Origin: Octopus bimaculoides
Lineage: Eukaryota
Reading direction: 5' to 3'
Assembly (NCBI RefSeq): GCF_001194135.2
Contig: NC_068995.1
Coordinates: 38,500,571 to 38,564,570, forward strand
DNA: 64,000 nt
The notes beneath the pieces were generated by a model, which did not search any database, had not been told where the DNA came from, and worked only from the letters and a program-made list of their open reading frames with translations. Within the stretch, counting starts at the first letter, position 1, and each line of letters begins with the position of its first letter. Below are positions 38,474-51,331 of this stretch, one piece after another. The translations under genes were made by a program, and so were the position numbers.

Positions 38474-38809
38474 ACTAAACTTTGGAGAGTGGCTGCTACT
38501 GCTGCTAGCCTAACACGCAGGGGTTTCAGTAAGGTAACGGAGTTGGCGTAACTGGACATTTCAAAGACTGCTTCCTTCTGCGAAGGGGCCTTTGCGCCTG
38601 ACATATATACGTTTTTGAAAAACTTCCAACATTGTTAGACGCTTTTTTATTTTTCCTCTTATTTCTCCTCTTCCAAATAGCAGAAAATTTACTGAAACGG
38701 GAGTTTGTATCTTCTGTCTGTAATTCGGGGTGATATTTCTGATCGGAAGAATTGATCAATCCCCAAAATAATGAACTCAAAATGAGCAGCCCAAAACGGC
38801 TATTCAAAT
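38474..38809 (-). other. Candidate host exon (unverified)
   Basis: Non-repetitive 336-nt segment between acceptor TTCTTATGCAG| (38810-38811) and donor |GTAAGC (38473). No homology recognised. Confidence 0.25.
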
Positions 38810-39209
38810 CTGCATAAGAATGTTATATCATTTGATCGATCCCAAGAATGATATACCACCCCTGCTGGATTTGATCAAATAAGAAGTAGATGTCAGTGAA
38901 ATTAGATCTCAGCTAATTAAATCTCAATGAAGTCTGAAACCAGAACTTAATGATCTATAAGAAATGCCACCAGTTATTATTTACGACTCTAACAATTCTT
39001 CCATAATAGAAACTTTAGCTATTTTCTGAAGAAGAGTTTACTTGCTGCCATTGATCATACTTTATTTTATCCAACCTCAAAGAAGTTGAATCTGACGTCC
39101 ACATGACTTCAGCTCAGAAAGTACGAAGAAAGTCTAAAGAATTCCTGCAATGTAATTGTTCCGAAGTACAATAGATTTTTCCTGTTAAATTTTATAATGG
39201 TAGTAATAG

Positions 39210-39435
39210 TAATAATAATAATTTCTAATATAGGTACAAGGCCTGAAATTTTGGTGGAGGGGGTTAATCGGTTACATCGATCCCCGTACTCAACTGCCAC
39301 TTATTTTATATACCTCCCGGTAGAATGAAGGTAAAGTCGACCTCTATGTAATCTGACCTCTGTGGTATTTGACCATAAAAACTGTTGAAGCGCCGCTAAG
39401 AATTTTGCCCGGCATGGTAACTTTTCTCCAGCTCG
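39210..39435 (-). mobile_element. SINE copy
   Basis: TACAAGGCCTGAAATTTTGG...TTACATCGATCCC...AAGTCGACCTC...CCAGCTCGTCACC. Confidence 0.8.
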
Positions 39436-40499
39436 TCACCTCAATAATATTAAAGATAAGGATACCTTTTTTTTACAAAGGCACGACATCAAATGGTTAC
39501 TGGTAGAGAGTACTCATTAATAGGGAACTGCAGTTCAATTGTACTTATTTTTTCGACTCTTAACTGATGAAAGCTGAAGCTGAAGTCAGCATGATTAGAA
39601 TTCTGAACACGACACATACAAGAAACTTCTGCCTCTTTAATGATTCCATCAAACAATAATACAACAACTTTGTGTCTTTTTTCATTCCCAATATTCTGTT
39701 TAGCTTCATCTGCTTCTTAGTATTGTATTTGTAACTCTTTTATCCATCTAATTAATTCTTTTCTCTTCTGGTCATTGTAGCAGTTGTTCTAAATGTATTT
39801 TCGTATTTATTTCCTTTTTTGTTTCTTCTTTTGTAGCGTCAACACCATTCGAGTACACATTATTTTAAAGATTTCCACCTATATCGTTTTGTTTTCTTTC
39901 TCGGTTTCCGCTATTTAACGCCCTCTCATCTGAGAGGCATAGATAACACTGCTTACTTGGCTTTTTCCTATTATATTATGTAACATAAAAAAGCAATATC
40001 TTATATGTATATCCACTGAATCAAAAGCAAGCATGTTGTACTACAATAAATACTTTACCATTTAAGTATTTCAACTGTCTTTTCTACATATATTTCTTTC
40101 TCTTTCGATTTCTAAAATTATACCATTCCTTGAAATATGTTGTTACATATGTCTGAATTCAAAATCAAAAGTATGTTATCCTATCTATATCTTTAATAAC
40201 ATATACAAAAATGTTCCATTTACTGAAGACTTTCTAGCTTATATTATGCTTCTTTATTCTTATTTATAGAAGCATGTATGATACAGAATGTTGCTTCCCA
40301 TCTAATAACTCTAATGCCTGTAATTTGCCTCCCGTTTCTGATTAATGAGAAAAATACAACTATCATTGATGATCGACTGGAGCCGGTTGTGAAGAAAAAA
40401 AAATAAAGTTACCGGCAGAATGTTTTGATGCTATGACAGATTTATTATTCCGTCTACAAAATTCACCATAAAATAGTGTATATGGGAATCTGCATTTGT

Positions 40500-40870
40500 A
40501 CTTCTCTGTTGGGCGTCGAAGCTACATTGAAGTAAATTGCTCTGTTTTGTGATGTTTTAGTTTGTTTCGATTTACCTGCAATCTTTTACTTCTTTCAGTC
40601 ATAGGTCCACAGGTTGATGATATTTCAACCTCTTGCTTTCATTTGCCTCCTTTGTACGTGTCTTCCAGTGAATCGAAATTTCTAACAGAACCACCTGCTT
40701 GGATATTTCTCAGATCAGTGCCATATCTAGTCTTAGCCCACCTTTCAGCTCAATGTCAGATGCCAGTCACTGTTAGACTCGACCAGTTGGACCTGACAGC
40801 TGGTTTAATATTCTCACAAGCCTCTACAAAAATAACAAGGTTGTGTTGGGTGGATATAACTGCAATTGCC
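40500..40870 (-). mobile_element. RLE-type (HERO/NeSL-like) non-LTR retrotransposon fragment
   Basis: Minus frame LRLDMALI.EISKQVVLLEISIHWKTRTKEANESKRLKYH resembles the recalled LRPD..S...K.V.L.ELTVPWE....EA.ERK..KY RLE motif. Confidence 0.55.
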
Positions 40871-41100
40871 ACAACCAAGCAAAACGGGATAAATAAGAGG
40901 AGTGTCAAAACTTAGTACAAAGCAGAGATGATTTTCAGAAATCCTCACACATTGCTGTCAAAACAACTGTTACGACTCTGTGGTAATGTCCTGAGTAATT
41001 TTTACCATATGTCTGTTCAGTCAACGCTGAGCGCCCGCTGAGTGACAGCTGCTGATATAAAATTACAGGCATAGATATGTACATCATTTAGCACTTTGTG

Positions 41101-42085
41101 TGCATACGTAGAAATATAAACTTACACGTCAGTTACTACTTATACATATAGATAACCACCAGGTTATATTCCGAATACAAAAAGTGTGTGAGACTATGTT
41201 TCCGAAATATTTAGCTAAAGTTTATGCTTAAGCGAATTTCTGCATACGTAGAAATATAAACTTACACGCCGATTACTAAGTATACATACAGACAAACACC
41301 AAGTTATATTCCTAATACAGAAAGTGTTTGAGAATATGTTTCCGAAATATTTAACTAAAGTTATACTGAAAAAAAATTAGTTAAAGTGTATGCTGCATCG
41401 CTTTGCATTTGCGTTTATTGACAGAGTCTAGGTTTACTTAGTGCCGCTAACAGTTATTTGATGATGAAAACATCCTCTTACTAAAAGATTTATTCCAGCA
41501 GATTCTTAGTTACATTGAACGCAATGAAAGGTAGCAACCTTTTGGGAACTCAAGCGAACATTTAGCTAGAAGTTTACATTACACACACACACACACACAC
41601 CCACACACACACACACACACACATGCACGCACGCACGCGCGCACACATACACTCACACACACACACACACACATATAAACTTTAGCTAAATTTTTTTCAG
41701 CATAACTTTAGTTAAATATTTCGGAAACATATTCGTAAACACTTTCTGTATTAGGGATATAACTTGGTGTTTATCTGTATGTATACTTAGTAATTGACGT
41801 GTAAGTTTATATTTCAACGTATGCAGAAATGCGATTCAGCATCAACTTTAGTTAAATATTTCGGAAACATAGTCTCACAAACTTTTTGTATTAGGGATAT
41901 AACTTGGCGTTTATTGACAGAGTCTAGATTTACTTAGTGCCGCTAGCAGTTATTTGATGGCGAAAACATCATTTTACTAAGATATATTCCAGCAGATTCT
42001 TAGTTACATTGAACGCAATGAAAGGTAGGAACATTTTGACGACTCAAGTGAACATCTAGCTAGAAGTTTACATTACACACACATA

Positions 42086-42136
<51 letters not shown>

Positions 42137-42157
42137 GCGCACACATACACTCACACA
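41101..42157. repeat. Complex repeat: 140-bp tandem pair, about 240-bp inverted arms and a 250-bp direct repeat
   Basis: TGCATACGTAGAAATATAAACTTACACG occurs at 41101 and 41241. 41152-41392 is inverted at 41672-41914. 41411-41660 is repeated directly at 41907-42157. Confidence 0.92.
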
Positions 42158-42689
42158 TATATCACCGTATATACCGCTGTACAGGACGGAATTTGAACTT
42201 TAAAAAAAATCCCCTCAAATCTTAGCGTCGTCTTATATACCCCGTATAAAATCTGGACCTTACCTTCTTGTGGTTCAAAGCAGCAACATTTCCAATGGAG
42301 AGGAGAGTAAAGCACTCACATTGATCCTATGGTTCTACAGTGAGGTATTTTCTACAGATACATGCACATATCGACGGAGAAGACCGTAAAACACTCGCAT
42401 AAATGTCATGGTTCTGCAACACAATATTGTCTATTGATACTCACACGTATGTTTGGGAAGCTGGATTAATAGTGAGATTCTATTAAAATAAAATCAGAGC
42501 CTAAACTTAGCGAACCAGTCACCATTTGCAACAGCTGACGAACAGAAAAAAGTTTTTTAATCAGTCTGTTCAGCCGGGTCCCAGGATCCGTTCTGTTTGC
42601 ACTGACTTGTTGGAGCATTGTCTCATACAGCGCTCAGCCACTGAGGGCTTTCAAGGCAAATGTAGTTTACTGTAACTATACAATCAAAC

Positions 42690-43230
42690 TTACCAATAAT
42701 CCTACAAAGCTCCAAAATGGGAAACCAATTAAACAAATGCTGCATAAAAAGCAATAAACTCAAAGAGAAAAACCAGAAAAAACAACTGACAAGAGCAAAA
42801 TTGTCACCAGAAAGTGAAACCGAATTCTTTGTGAAAGAATCTGGAGATAGTAGATGTGGGATCTGCAGTAACCCCATCCACAAATATATAGAGGAAAACA
42901 GCCAAATAAAATTTAAGAGTGGACACACATTCAAAGTAAATGCAAACATGAATTGCATGAGACAAAACTTAATATCTTGCATAAACTTTCCCACATGCAA
43001 GGAAAACTACATAGGTGAAACTGGCAATTCTATATGCCAACGAACCAGAATTCACCGACAACGTATCTGACAAGGAGAGCTACAAAAAAATCCACTAAGT
43101 AAACATTTAGAAACATATGGAGAAAGACGATTCAAGATCTTTCCTTTTTATAAATGCCCAAGGAATGACACCTTCTTCAGAAAAAAATATAGAACAACAC
43201 TCCAATAGCAAAACGCTCTCCCAAACTGAA
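42690..43230 (+). mobile_element. Penelope-like element, GIY-YIG endonuclease fragment
   Basis: SGDSRCGIC...FKVNANMNCMRQNLISCINFPTCKENYIGETGNSICQRTRIHRQRI...PLSKHL...FKIFPFY. Confidence 0.88.
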
Positions 43231-44202
43231 TGGCTAAAAATATGGAACACTAAGATATATACATATGTGTGTGTGTATGTAGATACATAAATAGAGACAT
43301 TCTTGAATCCAGATTTTACATTCCATACCGGCATGGGAATCAAACATTGGGCAATGATGATGATGATGATGTGTCTTGACACTGTTTTGAAAAATGACTT
43401 TCATTATTCCTCATCAAAACAGACTCCCCCTAGAGTAACAACCTGGTCTTACCATTTTCACAGACCAAGAATCAACTTGTCATCCTTTGAAAGAACTGAC
43501 CAACTGTACAGATATAAACATTGTTTCTTCTTTTTTTTCCTTCCCTCCTTTCTTTCCTTCTATTTTCCATTGATATTAAGGAAAAGAAAAAAAGACACAT
43601 TTTTTCACTTTGAAAATATTTTCTTTTCAGAGCCCCTGGTGAGGTGGCTGAACCAAAGTAAGCATCTGTTCCAGCCACCTACTTAAAAATATTCTTTTCT
43701 TTATCTCTTGTTCAAAACACTTCTTTTCAGATACACACATACATACACACACACAAACGCGCGCTCACACACACATACACACACACACACAAACAAACAC
43801 ACACACACACACTCTCACTGTCTCCCTCCACTAACTCTCCATTCCTCTCCCTCTTTCCCTACCTTTTATACTCCGCATTACTCTTCTTTATCCGCATTCT
43901 CTCTCTCCTCTCCAACCTATTCACTAATACTACAAAAAGCGACAAATGCCTTCGCACAATTTCAATCTAAAGTATCTTTTTGAGTAGATGTAAATATGTG
44001 ATTTGTAAAAAAACATATGACATTTTAATAAACATTTGTATATGTACAACCATCCAGATCTCAGAATACCTTATTTTTTCTAATATATAATATCGGCTCA
44101 TCACCTGCAAACCTTTATATATATATNNNNNNNNNNNNNNNNNNNNNNNNNNNNNNNNNNNNNNNNNNNNNNNNNNNNNNNNNNNNNNNNNNNNNNNNNN
44201 NT

Positions 44203-44370
44203 ATATACGCTATTCAATTTTTTCTCTCCTTGTCTCCGTATTCTTTCTGTTGAAGAGCGTAGCTCGAAACGTCAAAGACTTTCCGTATTCCCGAGCGTCA
44301 TACTAATACATCCTTTTGTTATTTACACCACCTGTCCTCGTCTGTTGTTTTTTCGTACATTCTCCCATAT
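44203..44370 (+). repeat. Penelope-terminus-like repeat with a hammerhead-like core
   Basis: TTGAAGAG-CGTAGCT-CGAAAC-GTC-AAA-GAC at 44250-44279; lies beside a (TA)n gap. Confidence 0.55.
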
Positions 44371-44439
44371 ATATACATGTATATATACATATATTAATAC
44401 ATGCTTGACAAGTCAACGAACCAGTGACGCGGTTACGAT

Positions 44440-44994
44440 GGATTACATCGACACTATTGAAGAAGATATTATACTAGTCATAGATGAATTGGACGCAAAG
44501 TCAGCTGCTTGTCCTGATGGTTTCCCACCGATTCTTCTCAAATCGTTTGAGCCTGTCATCGAGAAACCACTACAAATTCACTTACAGAGTTTCCTTGCAA
44601 ATGGCAACCTGCCAAGCAACTGGGAGATACCCAACATCACTTTCGACCAGGTAAGAGCTGCCTGACCCAGGTCTTACAGCACTATGCCTGGGTGTTGAGG
44701 CAGGTACTCAAGAAATCAAATGTGGACGTTATATAAGTAGACTTTGCAAAAGCTTTTGATAAAGTTGTTCAGTGTATGATATGCGACAAACTGCTCTCGG
44801 CATAGCTAGAAAACATGCTGAGCGGTTACATGGCTTTCTGAAAGTCAGGCCAATGAAGCACCTCAAACAAAATACAAATAGTGAGTGGTGTTCCACAGCT
44901 CACTGTCTAGGGAACCCTGCTTTTCATAGCAACCCTCTCAGATCTGCCCTCAGGTGCCCGGATAGCCTCCCTTGATAGCTACGCAGATATATAT

Positions 44995-45093
<99 letters not shown>

Positions 45094-45740
45094 ACTCTAT
45101 ATATATACATCTGTATATATAGAACTGAGAATGTGTATGTTTGTCTGACTGTCTGGCTGTTTGTGTGTGTGTGTGTGCATCACTAAAACACTAGAATTAC
45201 TCAGCCGATTTCATTCAAATTTTACACATGCCTTAATTAGCGTTCGTGCAGTGTCATGGGTGAATAACATTTTCAACACGTAGCTTTGATAAAATTGATC
45301 ATGGCATGATATTCCACAAACTGCACCTTGAATCACTACAGCGTAGCTTCACAAAGAAGATCTCAGCTATTGCGAAAGTCTGAAACAGTTATTCCCTGAA
45401 AGATTCTGGAAGGGATTGTGCGAACTTTTGGCATTGAAAGCTACACAAATGCAATAACGAGACGACACGTCACACTGCCAAACATCCCAGCAATGCCGTC
45501 GACCTTCATTACTAGTTACTGGAACAGCCGGGGTTTCAGCGGCTCATAGCTTCTTGATATTCCCCCAAAGAGCCTGAGTGTTCCACTCAAAGTGGATACA
45601 TGTGTTTTCAAATGAAACTGGATCTCTTCTTGTCGAGAGTCTCAGATGAACCTACCTCACGTCAAGAGGCGCAAATGAGGGTAACGACATCAAGCTCAGT
45701 TATTCACTAAATACCACATATCAGACGAGACTCTCACTAA
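44440..45740 (+). mobile_element. CR1-clade LINE remnant, interrupted by microsatellites and a Helitron
   Basis: IDELDAKSAACPDGFPPILLK, VDFAKAFDKV, ASYAD; after the insertion, KLDLFLSRVSDEPTSRQE (typical C-terminus). Confidence 0.8.
45110..45515 (+). mobile_element. Non-autonomous Helitron (about 406 bp)
   Basis: A|TC start (TCTGTATATATAGAACTGAGAATGT), degenerate subterminal hairpin CCCAGCAATGCCGTCG, CTAG|T end; no TSD. Confidence 0.75.
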
Positions 45741-46209
45741 TAGGAGAGTAGTAAAACATGAATTCTGAATTGATGTTTAATGATTCAACATTAAAAGAAA
45801 TAAACAGGACAGAGTGAATTTCAATTTTAACATGCATATAAAATGTGGGGAACATAATACAAAAAAAAAAAAAGGAGTAAAATGGAGAATTTTAAATGAG
45901 ATTCAAATCAATGCAAATATAAACACCATATAGGAGATACAGTAGACTGCAAAGTACATTCAAACTACAATAAAAACAGTTGAAAATAGTGATTTTCACG
46001 TTTGATGCGTTTGTATTTTGTAATTCAAATATTTTATCAAACCTATGGAGATTAAGGCAAGTTCTGTGAAATATATATAAAGAAAACAAATTTCATAATA
46101 AAAAGTAAGTGCGCTATTTTTCATTCATACACAATCTCTAATAATTTTTCTCCTAGTAAAATCACAAATCAAGAAAGAGTTCGTTCTTTTAGGCAGAATT
46201 ACTATTACA

Positions 46210-46905
46210 AGTATCTAACTACGCGTTTAATTCTAACGTTTCGTTAAATTCTTAGCAGAATGGGAAATATGTCAAGACAGTTTCCTTTTTCAATTGACGG
46301 ATATTTGTTCTCATTTTGTTTGTTGTTAACACAACAGTTTCCTAGCATACGTGCTGCTTCTTTTTGTTTTCGTATTTTCCAGTGGTGTTCTCTATATCTT
46401 ATTTTAACTTCATCCCACAGGGTGAGGTGATCTCTATTTTTCCATACACGATCAGCTATACCCGATTTATCAATATCTCCTCGTGTCATAGCTTTGCGAT
46501 GTTCGTCTATCCTTATTTTGAGGGGGCGACATGTTTGCCCTTTGTATAACTTACCGCAGCTGCATGGGATGGAGTACATGCTGTCTTTGGTCATATTCTC
46601 TTCTATTGTTGGTTTTACTCTAAGGAGTTATTTGCGAAGCGTTGTATTACTCTTGAATATTGTCCTGATGCCATATGGGTCGCATATCTTTGGTATCTTC
46701 TCGGAAAGGCCTTTCACATAGGGCAGACAGACAGACTATGGACAGTTTATGGATTCCATCGTCTCTTTTCTTCATAATTGCAGTGGAGAATATGCTTTTG
46801 GGGTAGTTGTTGCTTAATAGATTGTTACTGAGCTTGTCCATTTCTTCATGTTGGGTATCATGATCGCTACTTATGTTCATTGCTCGATGTTTAAGCAATC
46901 CCTCT
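46210..46905 (-). mobile_element. Penelope-like (Poseidon-type) element, C-terminal linker plus GIY-YIG and terminus
   Basis: LKHRAMNISSD...LLSNNYPKS, MTKDSMYSIPCSCGKLYKGQTCRPLKIRIDEHRK...KSGIA..VW..DH...WDEVKI...HWKIRKQKEA. Confidence 0.9.
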
Positions 46906-47228
46906 CTTTACACTGTATGGATGGTGTGAGTTGTATATAAGTATGCGTGTGCATGTGAGAGAGGAAATGAGTAACTTATTTGGTCATAATATAGAGAGGT
47001 ATAGATGCCATTAAAGATACACACTCATATAGAAAAGGTGACCTCGTCGTTGTCATCGTGATATAAAATGTTTGCGATACTTAACTTATAGGAAACACTA
47101 TAATGTAATTTTTTTGCAATGCAAATATGTAAACGAAAATAAAGTTTATTTGGTATTCGTAAGATTACTGAATCTTTAAATACCCCATACGCCAAAATCC
47201 GCAACTCAGTTTCGAACGTATTAGAAAG

Positions 47229-47269
47229 ATACGCACGCACGCACGCACACACACACACACACAGACACA

Positions 47270-47340
<71 letters not shown>
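47229..47340. repeat. (CA)n microsatellite
   Basis: Seen directly. Confidence 0.95.
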
Positions 47341-47343
<3 letters not shown>

Positions 47344-47919
47344 CTTCTATGTATATGGAAGGTGTCCCTCTCTGTCGTTCTACCTGACCGTCTCTTACAT
47401 TCCCTGTGTTTCTATCTCTTCCTGTCTCCTCTTCCCTGATATCAGCCACGTTCATTATGCTACATCTCCCTGAAGCTAACACTTTTCCACCCCTCATATT
47501 TTATTATGTATAGCCCAAAGCCCGTAGTCGGTCCATTAACGATTTTTATTGAAATCCAGTTGGTTGGGCACCAAGATAGTAACTGACAGGCACACAAACA
47601 AACAGTCAAATACATAGACAGGAATTGCCATTTATATATAAGAGGTATGTATGTATATATGTGTGTATATACACAACCCCACTATTTACTGACTTATATA
47701 TATANNNNNNNNNNNNNNNNNNNNNNNNNNNNNNNNNNNNNNNNNNNNNNNNNNNNNNNNNNNNNNNNNNNNNNNNNNNNNNNNNNNNNNNNNNNNNNNN
47801 NNNNNNNNNNNNNNNNNNNNNNNNNNNNNNNNNNNNNNNNNNNNNNNNNNNNNNNNNNNNNNNNNNNNNNNNNNNNNNNNNNNNNNNNNNNNNNNNNNNN
47901 NNTATATATAAATATATAT

Positions 47920-47951
<32 letters not shown>

Positions 47952-49864
47952 AATATATACTGTAATAATAATAATAATGCTCAGGTGGAACTTATAACTA
48001 TTTTAATGCATCGCTACGATCATAGTCCGTATTCCTGGGACAATTACAGTGCAGTCCGTAGTATCCATAGACATTGGAAAGATCATGTCCATGCATACAT
48101 TTCATTAGGCGATACAGCGTTAATGGATGCCGAACTGAAAACACACATACGTATGAACTTATATTTATATGTATGTATGTGTGTGCATCTGTGTGTAGAA
48201 AAAAATGAAAAGGGAAAAGAGGAAATATTGTTACAATGAAGAGATGAAACTTGAAAAACCTTTCAATTTTCCAAGCGTTAATGTCACTCTTCAGAAGGGG
48301 GACAGTTTAGACCCTTGTGGCCAATAAAGAAATAAGAAGCAGGATAAAATGCGTCTCGTTGTAGATCCTGCAGTTTGATGGCCCAGAATGGCTGAAGCAC
48401 AGTTTTAGTTAGGGTGAAGTAAATTCTAAAAATATTATGCAAAACATGTATACTTTGTGGCATATAGACAATAGTAAAACCACTTAATTGGGTAATCACA
48501 TATTGACATCCACTTCACAATGCACAAGCAAATGAAGATTCGTGAAGAAATTTGACCATATTTCAATGGATGCCATATCTCATGGATCTAAGAGATGCAA
48601 CTTAAGTATACTAACGATCGCACATACCTTTTATATCCAAGAATTCCACCACACTGCTTAAATAAATCCTCATTCGAAAGTTTGAAGAAATGTAAGCATA
48701 TGGTCGAATTTCTTTTACCTAATTAGAAGATAGTGCCCTCTCCGGACTGAGCAGCAGTTTCTCAGAATATGGCCTTAAATGTAATATGTGTTTGCATGTT
48801 CGTATCTCTGGGCGCGCGTATATGTGAGTGTGCGCACACGTGTATGTATGTGCGAATGTCAACATTCATATTTCTATACATAGTCATGAATACACACAGA
48901 CTAAAATGGTTTGTATAATTCTCTTATCTTATGTTAGTAATCAGGATAACCAAATCGTTTTCAAAGCTCTTTCATAGCACATTACTAGGTGTGGTTTGAA
49001 GAAATTTAATCCATAGTTGATTTCATATTAGCTTTCAAAATATTTTGTTCTGAAAAGTGAAGTTGAAACAAATGCAGTTATATGTGTTTATGAATTATAG
49101 TACTAATTAATCTCGTCTTTGAATGTATGAGTCGAACATGTGCATATGCCAAGCTCAACTGTGAAGTTTATGTGGAAATGTTGGGTCAGTGGATGTTCAT
49201 CGATGAGTTCATGAACCTTGGTTCTTTTCTCTAAAACTATATATATATATGTATATATATANNNNNNNNNNNNNNNNNNNNNNNNNNNNNNNNNNNNNNN
49301 NNNNNNNNNNNNNNNNNNNNNNNNNNNNNNNNNNNNNNNNNNNNNNNNNNNNNNNNNNNNNNNNNNNNNNNNNNNNNNNNNNNNNNNNNNNNNNNNNNNN
49401 NNNNNNNNNNNNNNNNNNNNNNNNNNNNNNNNNNNNNNNNNNNNNNNNNNNNNNNNNNNNNNNNNNNNNNNNNNNNNNNNNNNNNNNNNNNNNNNNNNNN
49501 NNNNNNNNNNNNNNNNNNNNNNNNNNNNNNNNNNNNNNNNNNNNNNNNNNNNNNNNNNNNNNNNNNNNNNNNNNNNNNNNNNNNNNNNNNNNNNNNNNNN
49601 NNNNNNNNNNNNNNNNNNNNNNNNNNNNNNNNNNNNNNNNNNNNNNNNNNNNNNNNNNNNNNNNNNNNNNNNNNNNNNNNNNNNNNNNNNNNNNNNNNNN
49701 NNNNNNNNNNNNNNNNNNNNNNNNNNNNNNNNNNNNNNNNNNNNNNNNNNNNNNNNNNNNNNNNNNNNNNNNNNNNNNNNNNNNNNNNNNNNNNNNNNNN
49801 NNNNNNNNNNNNNNNNNNNNNNNNNNNNNNNNNNNACACACACACACACACACCCACACACACA

Positions 49865-49904
<40 letters not shown>

Positions 49905-49907
<3 letters not shown>

Positions 49908-51159
49908 GCCTGTCCCAGAAATATTTATACCTTTATATTTCCGATTTATTCAAAGCAAACCTAAGGTAGGACTAAATGAAATTTGTCATGCAAGTTCTAA
50001 TGTAAATTGCCAATCAATTGCAGTAGTTACATTTCATAGTGAGCATGTTTTGCCTTGATCATAGCCCGGAAACGAGTGATCCAACTCGTGAAAACAGAAG
50101 TGCTTTGTTTACATCTGACATATTTAAATAAAACCGAGCATGAATATTACTATCTATGATGGACGAGATAGCAAAGTCTGTGAGAGTGATATCTGGACTT
50201 GAGTAAGGCCATATCGTCTCGCTTTAAAAACTGCTGAATTGTTCTTTGCACCACCACCTGTGTGTTAAATTTGATGTGTGGGCCGGAATCCTCTCTAAAG
50301 TGAAGATGAAACGGTTACCAAAGGTTTATGTGACCCAGGGTAACATTTCTGACCCAACATTTCCACATAAACTTCACTGTTGACCTTGACGCCAAAATCG
50401 GTGAAGTTCAAAGGACACTTGGCCGCAACAGATTCAACTGCAGCCCACACTATGAGTAGAGATGGCTTCTGACGGCGTAAATGGCTACTGCTACCTTCGG
50501 GCAAGTTTTCTGCATTACGTGCATAAAGCCTGTCATTCTGACTGCTGGTAACTGTCTCGACAGTGAAGATCTCGTCGGACCAGACAAGCACATTGTGAAC
50601 GGCACGCTTGATCTCAGCTAACATTATTTTACACCTGTAAAGCCGTTTTTTCTTCAAAGCTGCTGAAATTAACTGTTGGGATTGTTTTTTATGTGTAGAT
50701 ATCTTTAATTCCTCTTCAAAAATCATGTACATTGCCGATTTCGAGATATCAAGAGCTTTTGCAGTTTTTCTTGCTCTCCTGTGGAGATTTCTGCTCTTTT
50801 GCCTCTTCAGAGCTTCAACATTTTGTTTGGTACGAATTGATCATTTCCTACCAGGAACTGACTTCAAAGATGTAACAACGGATTCCATATATCATTTCCA
50901 GGTATTGAACACTGTTTTACGGCACACATTCAAATGTTTTGTTTTGTTTTTGTTGCTCACTCCAGCTGATTTCAAAGTGGTAGTGAGGTTACGTTTTGCA
51001 TTCGATTCCATGTTTGTTTACAAACTGTTACAAACCTGTTACGAACGAAACAATAGAAACATGAACAAATGGCATATGCAAATTTTAAGTATAATATAAA
51101 TATTACCTGAAAAGATATTCTTTATGAAGAGATTTAAACTAGGGTAAATCTTTCTGGGA

Positions 51160-51167
<8 letters not shown>
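49905..51167 (-). mobile_element. Full-length decayed maT (DD37D)-like Tc1/mariner; transposase pseudogene about 50027-51011
   Basis: TIR core TGTCCCAGAAA.ATTTA at 49911 and inverted at 51142-51161; length about 1.26 kb. Translation gives MESNAKRN, VWSDE(K)IFTVE...QNDRLYA, QKPSLLIVWAAV, GVKVNSEVY and WPYSSPD. The DD spacing could not be counted because of indels. Confidence 0.85.

Positions 51168-51244
<77 letters not shown>
51163..51244. repeat. (CT)n microsatellite
   Basis: Seen directly. Confidence 0.95.
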
Positions 51245-51331
51245 ACTGTATATGTAAATAAATAAATATATAAATTAAGAAATAGAGTTAAACTCAGGTG
51301 TCATTCAAATCTTTATACTTCTGACAAATGT

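Noticed and set aside
40562-40915. 117-aa plus-strand ORF after an apparent splice acceptor
   Set aside because: Better explained as the antisense of an RLE-type LINE fragment.
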